Source: a virus (Duplodnaviria > Caudoviricetes). From it: a stretch of DNA of 64,000 bases. Location of the stretch: positions 64,001 through 128,000 of the IMG/VR virus record IMGVR_UViG_3300032236_001024. The stretch is one strand, 5' to 3'. This document shows, piece after piece, positions 10,865 to 20,938 of the stretch; positions within the stretch are counted from its first letter, which is position 1; every line of letters begins with the position of its first letter. The notes beneath the pieces are model-generated. The model worked only from the letters and a program-made list of their open reading frames with translations, had not been told where the DNA came from and searched no databases. A program made the position numbers and the translations under genes.

Positions 10865-12070
10865 ATGTTAAATTTTAAACTTAGAGATATTGATCTATCT
10901 TTAGCAACTACAAAAGAATTGCCACTTGGTTCTGTTATTTTTGTTGCAAATAATGATCTTAATAATTATGCAAACAAAAGTAATTGGTCTCTGATTGATA
11001 TGTCTCAATCAGATGGTTCTCCATCATTAATAAAAATTGTTGATCCATCTTCAATCGGAAAAATTAAGTATACAACTGTTTCTGATAGTATTACTACTAA
11101 TTCAAATGGTGATCATGTTGGTCCATCTACTGGGCTTTATAGATCATGGTTGTATTATTCTGGAGTAGATACTACAAGACCATTTATAACAAAAACAACT
11201 GGGGCGCACAATCATTCTGTAAGTAATTTATCAAATTATCTTTCTAATAATTATCCACTTTCTATAGTTGTTGGAGCTTACAAATCAAATCAAATTACAA
11301 ATGTTATACCAAAAAATACTATAATTTTTACAGATTCTCCTAATAGTGATTTAGATTTAATTGATACTTCAAAAATAAATTGCTTTATGATATCTGGTAA
11401 TTCTAATTGGTTATCAACTTATTCACAATCAAATAATGGTTTATTTGGTTCTAATAATTATTCTTCTACATCCTCTTTAGTTATGGGAAGTAGTGGAGAT
11501 CATGAACATAGTAATTATGGAAATTATAATGGGTTTTCTAATATTAGTAATTACACTAATAATGGTCAAGAAAATTTGACTGCAGGCTCTCACACTCACG
11601 TTTTACAAAATTTTTCAGCTTCCATAGAACTTAAAAGAACATTATTAAAAACATATAAAACAAATAAAGATACTTTTGTTTTTCAAAAAATGATAATTGG
11701 TTATGCTAATACTGATGTGCTTTCTTTAGCATCAACAGGATGGTATGTATGTAATGGTCAAACTGTTGGAGCCTATACTACACCAAATTTAACAAATAGA
11801 TATCCACAATTGAATACAACTTTTCATAATGTTAGTAATCCTGTTGGAAGTGATTTTAATCAATATAAAATAACATCTAGTATGGCTAATGCTAACAGTC
11901 ATACTCATAAAGGAGCTACTACTTCACGTTCATATACAGATGGAACGTATATAGCTCAACATGATGATTATAATTCATGGACATGGGCTCATTCTCATAC
12001 TCTAAACAATAATTTAAATTATGAACCATCATATTATGGTCTATCATTTATAATATATTTGGGCTCATAA
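10865..12070 (+). CDS. Tail-collar-like / HxH needle-type fibre protein (paralog of 7826..9019)
   Basis: WYVCNGQTVGAYTTPNLTNRY motif. HxH motifs HNH, HEH, HTH, HTH, HSH. C-terminal YEP.YY.L.FIIYL end shared with 7826. Confidence 0.7.
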   Translation: MLNFKLRDIDLSLATTKELPLGSVIFVANNDLNNYANKSNWSLIDMSQSDGSPSLIKIVDPSSIGKIKYTTVSDSITTNSNGDHVGPSTGLYRSWLYYSGVDTTRPFITKTTGAHNHSVSNLSNYLSNNYPLSIVVGAYKSNQITNVIPKNTIIFTDSPNSDLDLIDTSKINCFMISGNSNWLSTYSQSNNGLFGSNNYSSTSSLVMGSSGDHEHSNYGNYNGFSNISNYTNNGQENLTAGSHTHVLQNFSASIELKRTLLKTYKTNKDTFVFQKMIIGYANTDVLSLASTGWYVCNGQTVGAYTTPNLTNRYPQLNTTFHNVSNPVGSDFNQYKITSSMANANSHTHKGATTSRSYTDGTYIAQHDDYNSWTWAHSHTLNNNLNYEPSYYGLSFIIYLGS

Positions 12071-12106
12071 ATACATAAAATAAAGAATAAAAGGTATTAA
12101 AAATTA

Positions 12107-15100
12107 ATGGCAATTTTATTTCCAGATAATCCAACAGTTGGACTTACACATGTTGCGGCTGGTAGAACTTGGCGCTGGGATGGTAAGCGTTGGACTACTA
12201 TTGGTGATGTTGGATATAAAGGCTCAGAAGGTTATCAGGGTTCTGAAGGTGTTCGTGGTTCTGTAGGTTATACTTCATCTGTAGGTTACACATCCTCTGT
12301 TGGTTTCCAAGGTTCTACTGGCTATCGTGGATCGGAAGGTTATAAAGGTTCTGAAGGATACAAAGGCTCTGAAGGTTACAAAGGTTCTGAAGGATATAAA
12401 GGCTCTGAAGGTTATAAAGGTTCTGAAGGATACAAAGGCTCTGAAGGTTATAAAGGTTCTGAAGGATACAAAGGCTCTGAAGGTTATAAGGGAAGCGAAG
12501 GCTACAAGGGTTCTGAGGGATATAAAGGTTCTGAGGGTTATAAGGGAAGTGAAGGCTATAAAGGGTCTGAAGGTTATAAAGGTTCTGAAGGCTATAAAGG
12601 TTCAGAAGGTTATAAAGGTTCGGAAGGATATAAAGGTTCTGAAGGTTATCAGGGATCAGTAGGATATACTGGTTCAGCTGGTGATGTTGGCTATAAAGGA
12701 AGTGAAGGTTATCGTGGATCAGAAGGCTTTCGTGGTTCTGTAGGTTATACCTCATCTGTTGGTTACACATCCTCTGTTGGCTTCCAAGGTTCAGAAGGCT
12801 ACAAGGGTTCTGAAGGATACAAAGGTTCTGAAGGTTATCAGGGTTCTGAAGGTTATCAGGGATCATTAGGATATCAAGGTTCATCTGGTATTACTGGATA
12901 TCGTGGTAGTGGTGGTGTTTCTGGTGTAACTGGTTATTCTGGTTCTGTAGGTTATCAAGGTTCTGAAGGTTATAAAGGCTCTGAAGGTTATCAGGGATCA
13001 GTAGGATATCAAGGTTCAAGAGGTTCTGACGGTTTCCGTGGTATCGTTGGTTATCAAGGTTCAGAAGGTTATAAAGGATCGATAGGTTATACCGGATCAT
13101 ATGGATATACTGGTTCTAGAGGATTTGCTGGTTCAAGAGGTATTCAAGGTATTCCCGGTGATGTTGGACCTACAGGTGATACTGGATATACTGGTTCTGC
13201 TGGTTATTCTGGTTCACAAGGATTTACTGGATCACAAGGTGACATAGGCGATAAAGGTGAAAAAGGGTTTACTGGTTCAAAAGGTCAGCAAGGCGATTTT
13301 GGTGGTGCTGCATTTGATTATAGATTTACCACAGATACTACAAGTTCTATTCCAGCAAGTGGTTATTTAAAATTTAATAGTTCTACTGTAGGTGATGTAA
13401 CATCATTATACATCAATAAAAATGATATATTTGCTAATTCTGTATATAATTATTTAAAGACTATCGATGATTCTACATCATCTATTCGTGGTCATTTTAC
13501 AGTAACTGAAAGAGCAAACACTCACAATTATAATATGTTTACTATCATTGGTAATTTACAGGATTATCAAAGTGATGGGTATTTTGTTGTTCCTGTTGGA
13601 TTTGTTACTGGCGTATCATCTGGTCTAGCTAATTTTTCAAATAATTTGGAAGTTCTTATTACTTTTGCCAGAACTGGTGATAAAGGTGATAAGGGCGATA
13701 CTGGTTATGTTGGCTCTACTGGTTATTGGGGATCAACTGGATATACTGGTTCAACTGGATATTGGGGTTCAGTTGGATTTACTGGATCATTAGGTTATTG
13801 GGGGTCTACTGGTTATGTTGGATCACAAGGATATACTGGTTCTACTGGTTATGTTGGTTCATTAGGTTATTGGGGATCGGTAGGATTTGTCGGATCAATC
13901 GGATATACAGGTTCGCAAGGATATACTGGATCAACTGGTTATTGGGGATCAACTGGATATTGGGGTTCAGTTGGATTTACCGGATCAATCGGATATACTG
14001 GTTCACAAGGATATACTGGGTCTGTTGGATATGTTGGTTCCACTGGTTATTGGGGATCGGTAGGATTTACTGGATCAATCGGATATACTGGATCAATCGG
14101 ATTTACAGGTTCAGTTGGATTTGTAGGATCAACCGGATATTGGGGATCGGTAGGATTTACTGGATCAATCGGATATACTGGATCAATCGGATTTACAGGT
14201 TCAGTTGGATATGTTGGTTCACAGGGTGTACAAGGTACTAGAGGTGTTCCTGGTCCTATTGGTGATCAAGGACCAATAGGTTATACAGGTTCTATAGGAT
14301 TCTTTGATTCTCTTGGTTATACTGGATCGATTGGTGCTGGTTATACTGGTTCAAAAGGTTATGCAGGTTCACTTGGTTATACTGGATCACTTGGATATTG
14401 GGGTTCGGTCGGATTTACTGGATCAGTTGGATTTGTTGGGTCTGTTGGTTATACTGGATCACAAGGTATACAAGGTGTAACTGGTTACGATGGTTCAACT
14501 GGTTATTGGGGTTCGGTTGGATTTACTGGTTCGATTGGTTATACTGGATCAGTTGGTGCTGGTTATACTGGTTCAACTGGTTATTGGGGTTCAGTCGGAT
14601 TTGCAGGTTCACTTGGTTATACAGGTTCTATAGGATTTACTGGATCGGTTGGATTTGTCGGTTCAGTAGGTTATGTTGGTTCACAAGGTGATCTTGGTCC
14701 ACAGGGATATATTGGCGGATCATTAATTTTTAATTTTACTACTGGTTCTACTTCATCAGGAGACCCAGCTTCAGGTTATATAAAATTTTATGGTGGAACT
14801 GGAAGTAGTTTATCTAATCCATCATCATTAACTAAAATTATGATCAGTAAAACAGAAGCAAAAAGTGGTTCTGATTTAACAAGTTATTTACTTTCATTGA
14901 CTAATTATAATACGTCAACTATAAAAGCTTATGTAACTATTTCTGATGCAAAAAATTATACAAAACATGCAATTTTTCAAATATCAGCTAGAATTCCTGT
15001 AACTTATCCTCTAGGAAATGAAAATACTAATGTAACATATATTCAATATGGTATACAGTGTATAGCAGGTAGTGGTCTCAGTAGTATTACTTCTGACGCA

Positions 15101-18100
15101 GAAGTTGCTGTAAGTTTTTCAAAAAATGGTGATAAAGGTGATCAAGGTGTAATCGGTTATACTGGTTCATTAGGTTATTGGGGTTCGGTTGGTTATACAG
15201 GTTCAGCTGGTTATGTTGGTGCAGATGGTTATGCTGGTTCTGTTGGTTATTGGGGATCAGTTGGTTATACTGGATCAAGAGGTGTTATTGGTTTAACCGG
15301 ATATTTTGGATCAGTTGGCTACACTGGTTCTATGGGACCACAAGGTGTTCCTGGAAATCCGGATGGGTATCAAGGATCGGTAGGATATCAAGGTTCAGTT
15401 GGTTATAAAGGTTCTGCAGGACAGGTAGGTTATAAGGGTTCAGCTGGTATTCAAGGACCACAAGGACCATCTGGTGGTGCAGATGGATATGCTGGTTCAC
15501 TTGGTTATACTGGTTCTAGAGGTATACAAGGAATAACTGGGTATGTTGGTTCTCAAGGTTATTATGGTTCTGTAGGCTATACTGGTTCATATGGTGATGT
15601 TGGTTACACTGGATCGATTGGTTATACTGGATCAATGCCATCACTTAATGGTGAAACTGGTCAAATTTTAGTAAATGATAATAATCTAGTAAATTCATAT
15701 GCTGGGTTTACATTTACATACTCAACTAATACATTAACAGTTTCTAACACAATAGTGGTATCAAATAATTTAACAGTTTCTAATACATTACTTACCAATA
15801 AATTAAATGTTATTGACAGCATACTTGTTGGAAATACAGTAAGAATATTCCAATCACTTTTAGTAAGTGATGAAATTTATTCTAGTAATACTATTACAAC
15901 AAAAAATTTATTAGCATCAGAAAATGATCTTACTGTTGGCAATTCAGCAACAATAACCAATACATTAACAGTTTCTAATACAATAGCAGTATCAAATACT
16001 TTAACAGTTGCTAATACATTATCGGTAGCAAACACATTAACAGTAGCTAATACTCTCATTGTCACTAAGTCACTTATTGCTTCTAATATTTTAACTGTAG
16101 GCAATAATGTAACAATAGCTAATACTTTAACAGTAAGTAACAATGCAAGCATAGCAAACACATTAACAGTTGCTAATACTCTTATTGTAACAAAATCTAT
16201 TATCGCTTCCAACACATTAACAGTAAGTAACAATGCAACTATTGCAAATACTCTTACAGTATCAAATAACGCTATAGTAGCAAATACACTCACTGTATCT
16301 AATACTATATCTACATTCAATCTATCAGTATCAAATAATGCTACTGTAGCAAATACATTAACTGTATCAAATACTGTTGTTGTTCCTATCCTAACTGTAG
16401 GAAACAATGCATTTATTGCTAATACATTGACAGTTGGCAATAACGCAACTGTGGCAAACACATTAACAGTTGCTAATACATTAACAGTATCAAATACTCT
16501 TATTGTTTCTAACACTCTTACGGTATCAAATAATGCAACAGTAGCTAATACTTTAACAGTTGCCAATACTCTTATTGTTACTAAATCTCTTATTGCTTCT
16601 AATACTCTAACAGTAAGTAACAATGCAACAGTTGCTAATACATTAACAGTATCTAATACTCTGATAGTTTCTAACACTATAACTGCTAATACCTTAACAG
16701 TCAACACATTAAGCGTTAGTAACAATCTTTCAGTATCCAACAGCATAAATGTTGGTAATAACCTTACGGTTTCCAATACAGCAATAGTATCTAATAATTT
16801 ATTCGTATACAACATTATATCATCAAATATAATGTCTGTCAATACCATAACTGTTGGGAACACATTAATAGTATCAAATACTATTTCATCTAATATTCTT
16901 TCGGTCAATACAGCAACTATTAATGCTCTGTCTGTATCCAATAATGCATCTATTGCTAATACATTAACAGTATATACAGTAAATGTTTCTAATACATTAA
17001 CAACAAAAAGTTTAATTATTTCTTCAAATACTTTATCTGTCAATACTTTGAATAGTAATACTATCAGTATTACCAACTCTAGTACTTTTGGAAATAATTT
17101 ATCAGTTGCTAATACTCTGACAGTTGGCAATACATTAATTATTGATACAAATCTTGAACTTTCAAAGAGACAAGTAAACTTCTCTAATTCACAGTTTTTA
17201 TATCTTCCTTCTGCTAATACTGGTAAATATACTCCTACCAGCACTGCAAATGGTGCTCTGAGATATAATTATGAAATAAATTCTGTTGAAATTTATGATA
17301 ATGTTGCAGTAAAGTGGATTAAGCTTGGTGCTTCACAAGATGATTTTGCTGCACTTATTGGCTCTATCAATTATCTTACAACTCAAAGCATTTATGTATA
17401 TAATGACTATGATGTTCTTTCCATCAATGCTTCTGCAGTATTTGCTGGCAATTCACAAGTAAATACAAATATCACAACACATGGTATTAGTACATCTGAT
17501 CCAAATAACAATACTACAATATCTTCGCAGGTAGTATTCGTTGGTAATAGTTCTGCAAACTCTGCTATCAGTCTTTATGGTGGTGATACTGTATTGGATG
17601 TATCATACTATAGTGTTTCGACTTCTGGTATTGCAACAATCCAAACTCGTAATGATCATGGATTGCAAGGTGTTAGAGGTGTTATCGGAAAAATTAGTGA
17701 CACTGGTTTCTATTATATTGATAGTCTCTCATCATTCAATGTTACTGATTTTGCAACATCAAATACTTTTAGTTTTGCTCTTACTTCTTCTAAGACTTCT
17801 TCAAACTTAAAAATAGAAAGTTTGGAAAGAGATGAAAATGGTGTTGTAACATATCATACTACTGGTCAACACCATTATCAAGTTGGTGATGTTATTAATA
17901 TTACTGGTATATCACCAACTCTTCCAAAGGGACCATTTAATTATAGTGGTGTTACTGTATACAATACTCCAGAAGCAAACACATTCTCGATATATGATCC
18001 TACAAAAGCAAATCTTGTTAGAAATTTAGTAACTATTTCAAATGATTATTATCCATCTACATATTCTGGTTATGTATATCTAACAGTTACTTTTGATCAA

Positions 18101-20896
18101 ACACATGATCTTAAAGTTGACAGTGACTATGTATATTTTGATACACCTGAATTAATTTCTTATTCTATTGGTGGTCGTAATCGTTCTATTGATGGAAAAC
18201 AATTCCAAGTAAAGGGAATACCAGCTTCCAATCAGATAAAAATTATTGCCTATACCAAATCATTAAATGATCGTGTAGCAGTTAGTGCTGGTTCATATAC
18301 TTTTGTTGATACTGCAACTATAACATCATTTAGAAATGTTGATCTTACTAATATTACTACATCTGCGTATGCTTCTATACCTATTGTAACACCAACTTCT
18401 CTTCCTTCAGGAAGCGTAAGATTAACAAATCCAATTTATATTTCAGTAAGTAATAGTTCTTCATTTACTAAAATTACTCCTACATCATTGTTCTTGGGAA
18501 CTCCAGGTTCAAATAACATTACCATCGATAGTTCTGGAACTAAGTTTAATACTAGAGGTTCTTATCTACAGACATTTATCAATGGTAGAGGTATCACCAT
18601 TTCTTCACTACAAGAAGAAGATGGTCAAGTTGTTCCAGAAGCAGATTTGTTCTTTGCTAACTCAAGTGTATTGAGCATTGGCAATTATAATAAATCTTCT
18701 ATAGTTTCTTCTGATATTGTATTCAGCAGCTCACTTAAAGCTGGTACTACAGATACATTCATTTCTTTGACTGGAGATACTTTATCTATATCTGATCAAT
18801 CAGGTATACAAAATACAACTATCACAACATCTTATGCTGATTTTGGTGGTGATCTTTCTGTTGCTGGTTATCTATATCTGAATACTCTTTTTGCTAATAG
18901 CAGCATTGGAACAAGAGGACAAGTTCTTACTTCAAATGGAACTGGCGGAACATATTGGTCATCTCTATCAGGTCTTGTTGGATATACTGGTTCTAGAGGC
19001 ATTCAAGGTATAACTGGTTACTTTGGATCAGTCGGTTATACTGGTTCAATCGGTGCTTCTGGCGTATCTGGATATGGTGGTTCGACTGGTTATACTGGTT
19101 CAGCCGGATATGTTGGTGCTGACGGTTATGCTGGTTCTGTTGGTTATACAGGTTCAGCTGGATATATTGGTAAAGATGGATATTCTGGTTCTGTAGGATA
19201 TACTGGATCATTTGGTTATGATGGTTCAAGAGGTTTCACTGGGTCTAGAGGTTCTGGTTATACAGGTTCCAGAGGATATGACGGGTTTGTTGGTTACACT
19301 GGTTCTATTGGCGCTGGGTATACTGGATCGATTGGTGCTGGTTTTGCTGGTTCAAGAGGAATTATAGGATTTGTTGGTTCACAAGGTATTCCCGGTGAAG
19401 CAGCTGCAATAGGTTATTCTGGATCACAAGGTTATACTGGTTTTATTGGATCATTTGGTTATACTGGTTCACAAGGTATTCCCGGCGAATTTGCTGGCAT
19501 GGGTTATACTGGTTCTCAAGGTGTTATTGGATATACTGGTTCGCTTGGTTACACTGGTTCATTGGGTGGTCTTGGTCCAAGAGGATATACTAGCTCTAGA
19601 GGTTATTCTGGTTCCCTTGGTTATTCTGGCTCACTTGGTTATACTGGTTCACAAGGTATTCCTGGTCAAGCTGCAGATAAAGGTTATGATGGATCGCAGG
19701 GATATACTGGTTATACTGGTTCATTAGGTTATGTTGGATCACAAGGTATTCCAGGTCAAGCTGCAGATAAAGGTTACGATGGTTCAAGAGGATATTTTGG
19801 ATCATATGGATATACTGGTTCTCTTGGCTATACTGGTTCACAAGGATATACTGGTTCTCAAGGTGAAAAGGGTGATCCTGGTGAATATGCTGCCATGGGT
19901 TATGATGGTTCACAAGGTGATATAGGATATACTGGGTCTATTGGTTTTACAGGTTCTCAAGGTATTCCCGGTCAGGCTGCAGATAAAGGATATGCTGGTT
20001 CTCTTGGTTATTCCGGTTCTCTTGGTTATTCTGGCTCACAAGGTATTCCCGGTGAAGCTGCATACAAGGGCTATGATGGTTCACAAGGTTATGATGGATC
20101 AACTGGATTCACTGGTTCCAGAGGAATTGTTGGATTTACTGGCTCTACTGGTGAAAAGGGTGATCCTGGTGAATTTGCTGCATTAGGATTTACAGGTTCA
20201 CAAGGTGATACTGGTGATGTTGGTTATGTTGGATCACAAGGAATTCCCGGCGAATATGCTGCATTAGGATTTACAGGTTCACAAGGTGATCAAGGTCCAC
20301 AAGGTTATTTGGGAGACCCTGGTTATACTGGTTCGCAAGGTGATGCTGGTGAAATTGGTTATACTGGTTCAGCTGGTCTTGGATTTACTGGTGATCAAGG
20401 TGAACTTGGATATACAGGTTCTTCTGGTGCTGGTTTCTCTGGATCAAGAGGTATTATTGGTTTCTCTGGTTCTAGAGGTGTTATTGGTTATGTCGGATCG
20501 GCTGGATATATTGGTCGTGATGGTTATAATGGTTCTCTTGGTTATACTGGTTCAGCTGGATATATTGGTGTTGATGGTTATTCAGGATCAGTAGGTTATA
20601 CAGGTTCAGCTGGTTATATCGGTCTTGATGGTTATGTTGGATCAAGAGGATATACTGGCTCTATTGGGTTCACTGGATCAAAAGGATTTGCTAATGGGCA
20701 ATCATTATCAGTAAATAACTTTGTAATTACTGGTTCAGTAACTGCTGGTAACAGTACTGGAACAAATATGCAGGTTCTTACTACAACTGGTTCTTCAGTT
20801 TATTGGGCAACTCTCAGTGCTGCACTCAATCTCGATGGTGGTGATCCAACATCCAATTATGGTGGAATAACTTCTATAGATGCTGGTGGTGTTTAA
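12107..20896 (+). CDS. Giant 2929-aa repeat fibre protein (Gly-X-Y blocks, NTLTV hexapeptide array, globular inserts)
   Basis: Uninterrupted ORF with GYKGSE, GYWGS and GYTGS repeats, two spacer domains, an NTLTV(S/A) array, and the LP...G.LRYN...EIY...W motif common in phage structural proteins. Confidence 0.85.
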   Translation: MAILFPDNPTVGLTHVAAGRTWRWDGKRWTTIGDVGYKGSEGYQGSEGVRGSVGYTSSVGYTSSVGFQGSTGYRGSEGYKGSEGYKGSEGYKGSEGYKGSEGYKGSEGYKGSEGYKGSEGYKGSEGYKGSEGYKGSEGYKGSEGYKGSEGYKGSEGYKGSEGYKGSEGYKGSEGYKGSEGYQGSVGYTGSAGDVGYKGSEGYRGSEGFRGSVGYTSSVGYTSSVGFQGSEGYKGSEGYKGSEGYQGSEGYQGSLGYQGSSGITGYRGSGGVSGVTGYSGSVGYQGSEGYKGSEGYQGSVGYQGSRGSDGFRGIVGYQGSEGYKGSIGYTGSYGYTGSRGFAGSRGIQGIPGDVGPTGDTGYTGSAGYSGSQGFTGSQGDIGDKGEKGFTGSKGQQGDFGGAAFDYRFTTDTTSSIPASGYLKFNSSTVGDVTSLYINKNDIFANSVYNYLKTIDDSTSSIRGHFTVTERANTHNYNMFTIIGNLQDYQSDGYFVVPVGFVTGVSSGLANFSNNLEVLITFARTGDKGDKGDTGYVGSTGYWGSTGYTGSTGYWGSVGFTGSLGYWGSTGYVGSQGYTGSTGYVGSLGYWGSVGFVGSIGYTGSQGYTGSTGYWGSTGYWGSVGFTGSIGYTGSQGYTGSVGYVGSTGYWGSVGFTGSIGYTGSIGFTGSVGFVGSTGYWGSVGFTGSIGYTGSIGFTGSVGYVGSQGVQGTRGVPGPIGDQGPIGYTGSIGFFDSLGYTGSIGAGYTGSKGYAGSLGYTGSLGYWGSVGFTGSVGFVGSVGYTGSQGIQGVTGYDGSTGYWGSVGFTGSIGYTGSVGAGYTGSTGYWGSVGFAGSLGYTGSIGFTGSVGFVGSVGYVGSQGDLGPQGYIGGSLIFNFTTGSTSSGDPASGYIKFYGGTGSSLSNPSSLTKIMISKTEAKSGSDLTSYLLSLTNYNTSTIKAYVTISDAKNYTKHAIFQISARIPVTYPLGNENTNVTYIQYGIQCIAGSGLSSITSDAEVAVSFSKNGDKGDQGVIGYTGSLGYWGSVGYTGSAGYVGADGYAGSVGYWGSVGYTGSRGVIGLTGYFGSVGYTGSMGPQGVPGNPDGYQGSVGYQGSVGYKGSAGQVGYKGSAGIQGPQGPSGGADGYAGSLGYTGSRGIQGITGYVGSQGYYGSVGYTGSYGDVGYTGSIGYTGSMPSLNGETGQILVNDNNLVNSYAGFTFTYSTNTLTVSNTIVVSNNLTVSNTLLTNKLNVIDSILVGNTVRIFQSLLVSDEIYSSNTITTKNLLASENDLTVGNSATITNTLTVSNTIAVSNTLTVANTLSVANTLTVANTLIVTKSLIASNILTVGNNVTIANTLTVSNNASIANTLTVANTLIVTKSIIASNTLTVSNNATIANTLTVSNNAIVANTLTVSNTISTFNLSVSNNATVANTLTVSNTVVVPILTVGNNAFIANTLTVGNNATVANTLTVANTLTVSNTLIVSNTLTVSNNATVANTLTVANTLIVTKSLIASNTLTVSNNATVANTLTVSNTLIVSNTITANTLTVNTLSVSNNLSVSNSINVGNNLTVSNTAIVSNNLFVYNIISSNIMSVNTITVGNTLIVSNTISSNILSVNTATINALSVSNNASIANTLTVYTVNVSNTLTTKSLIISSNTLSVNTLNSNTISITNSSTFGNNLSVANTLTVGNTLIIDTNLELSKRQVNFSNSQFLYLPSANTGKYTPTSTANGALRYNYEINSVEIYDNVAVKWIKLGASQDDFAALIGSINYLTTQSIYVYNDYDVLSINASAVFAGNSQVNTNITTHGISTSDPNNNTTISSQVVFVGNSSANSAISLYGGDTVLDVSYYSVSTSGIATIQTRNDHGLQGVRGVIGKISDTGFYYIDSLSSFNVTDFATSNTFSFALTSSKTSSNLKIESLERDENGVVTYHTTGQHHYQVGDVINITGISPTLPKGPFNYSGVTVYNTPEANTFSIYDPTKANLVRNLVTISNDYYPSTYSGYVYLTVTFDQTHDLKVDSDYVYFDTPELISYSIGGRNRSIDGKQFQVKGIPASNQIKIIAYTKSLNDRVAVSAGSYTFVDTATITSFRNVDLTNITTSAYASIPIVTPTSLPSGSVRLTNPIYISVSNSSSFTKITPTSLFLGTPGSNNITIDSSGTKFNTRGSYLQTFINGRGITISSLQEEDGQVVPEADLFFANSSVLSIGNYNKSSIVSSDIVFSSSLKAGTTDTFISLTGDTLSISDQSGIQNTTITTSYADFGGDLSVAGYLYLNTLFANSSIGTRGQVLTSNGTGGTYWSSLSGLVGYTGSRGIQGITGYFGSVGYTGSIGASGVSGYGGSTGYTGSAGYVGADGYAGSVGYTGSAGYIGKDGYSGSVGYTGSFGYDGSRGFTGSRGSGYTGSRGYDGFVGYTGSIGAGYTGSIGAGFAGSRGIIGFVGSQGIPGEAAAIGYSGSQGYTGFIGSFGYTGSQGIPGEFAGMGYTGSQGVIGYTGSLGYTGSLGGLGPRGYTSSRGYSGSLGYSGSLGYTGSQGIPGQAADKGYDGSQGYTGYTGSLGYVGSQGIPGQAADKGYDGSRGYFGSYGYTGSLGYTGSQGYTGSQGEKGDPGEYAAMGYDGSQGDIGYTGSIGFTGSQGIPGQAADKGYAGSLGYSGSLGYSGSQGIPGEAAYKGYDGSQGYDGSTGFTGSRGIVGFTGSTGEKGDPGEFAALGFTGSQGDTGDVGYVGSQGIPGEYAALGFTGSQGDQGPQGYLGDPGYTGSQGDAGEIGYTGSAGLGFTGDQGELGYTGSSGAGFSGSRGIIGFSGSRGVIGYVGSAGYIGRDGYNGSLGYTGSAGYIGVDGYSGSVGYTGSAGYIGLDGYVGSRGYTGSIGFTGSKGFANGQSLSVNNFVITGSVTAGNSTGTNMQVLTTTGSSVYWATLSAALNLDGGDPTSNYGGITSIDAGGV
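12338..12643 (+). repeat. 17 tandem 18-bp coding repeats, each encoding GYKGSE
   Basis: 306 nt = 17 x 18 nt. Amino acids are invariant while synonymous codons vary (ggt/gga/ggc/ggg, tct/tca/tcg/agc/agt, aaa/aag, tat/tac). Confidence 0.9.
15728..17140 (+). repeat. NTLTV(S/A) hexapeptide coding repeat array
   Basis: Dozens of degenerate N-T-L-T-V-(A/S) and N-N-A-T-V-A units in the 2929-aa ORF. Confidence 0.85.
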
Positions 20897-20903
20897 TCAT
20901 GAA

Positions 20904-20911
20904 TATAAATA
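20904..20911 (+). promoter_or_regulatory. T4-type late promoter
   Basis: TATAAATA upstream of the ATG at 20939. Confidence 0.7.
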
Positions 20912-20938
20912 CAATATCAATTATGTATGGGTAAATAA

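Noticed and set aside
15877-17244. 455-aa minus-strand ORF
   Set aside because: Antisense shadow of the NTLTV repeat array (V/L/A/T-rich mirror translation) with no SD or independent signal.
1-20896. Identity of GYTGS repeats with ice-nucleation protein repeats (AGYGSTxT)
   Set aside because: Only a superficial GY/GS resemblance. The period is 3/6 rather than 8/16 and there is no STxT motif.
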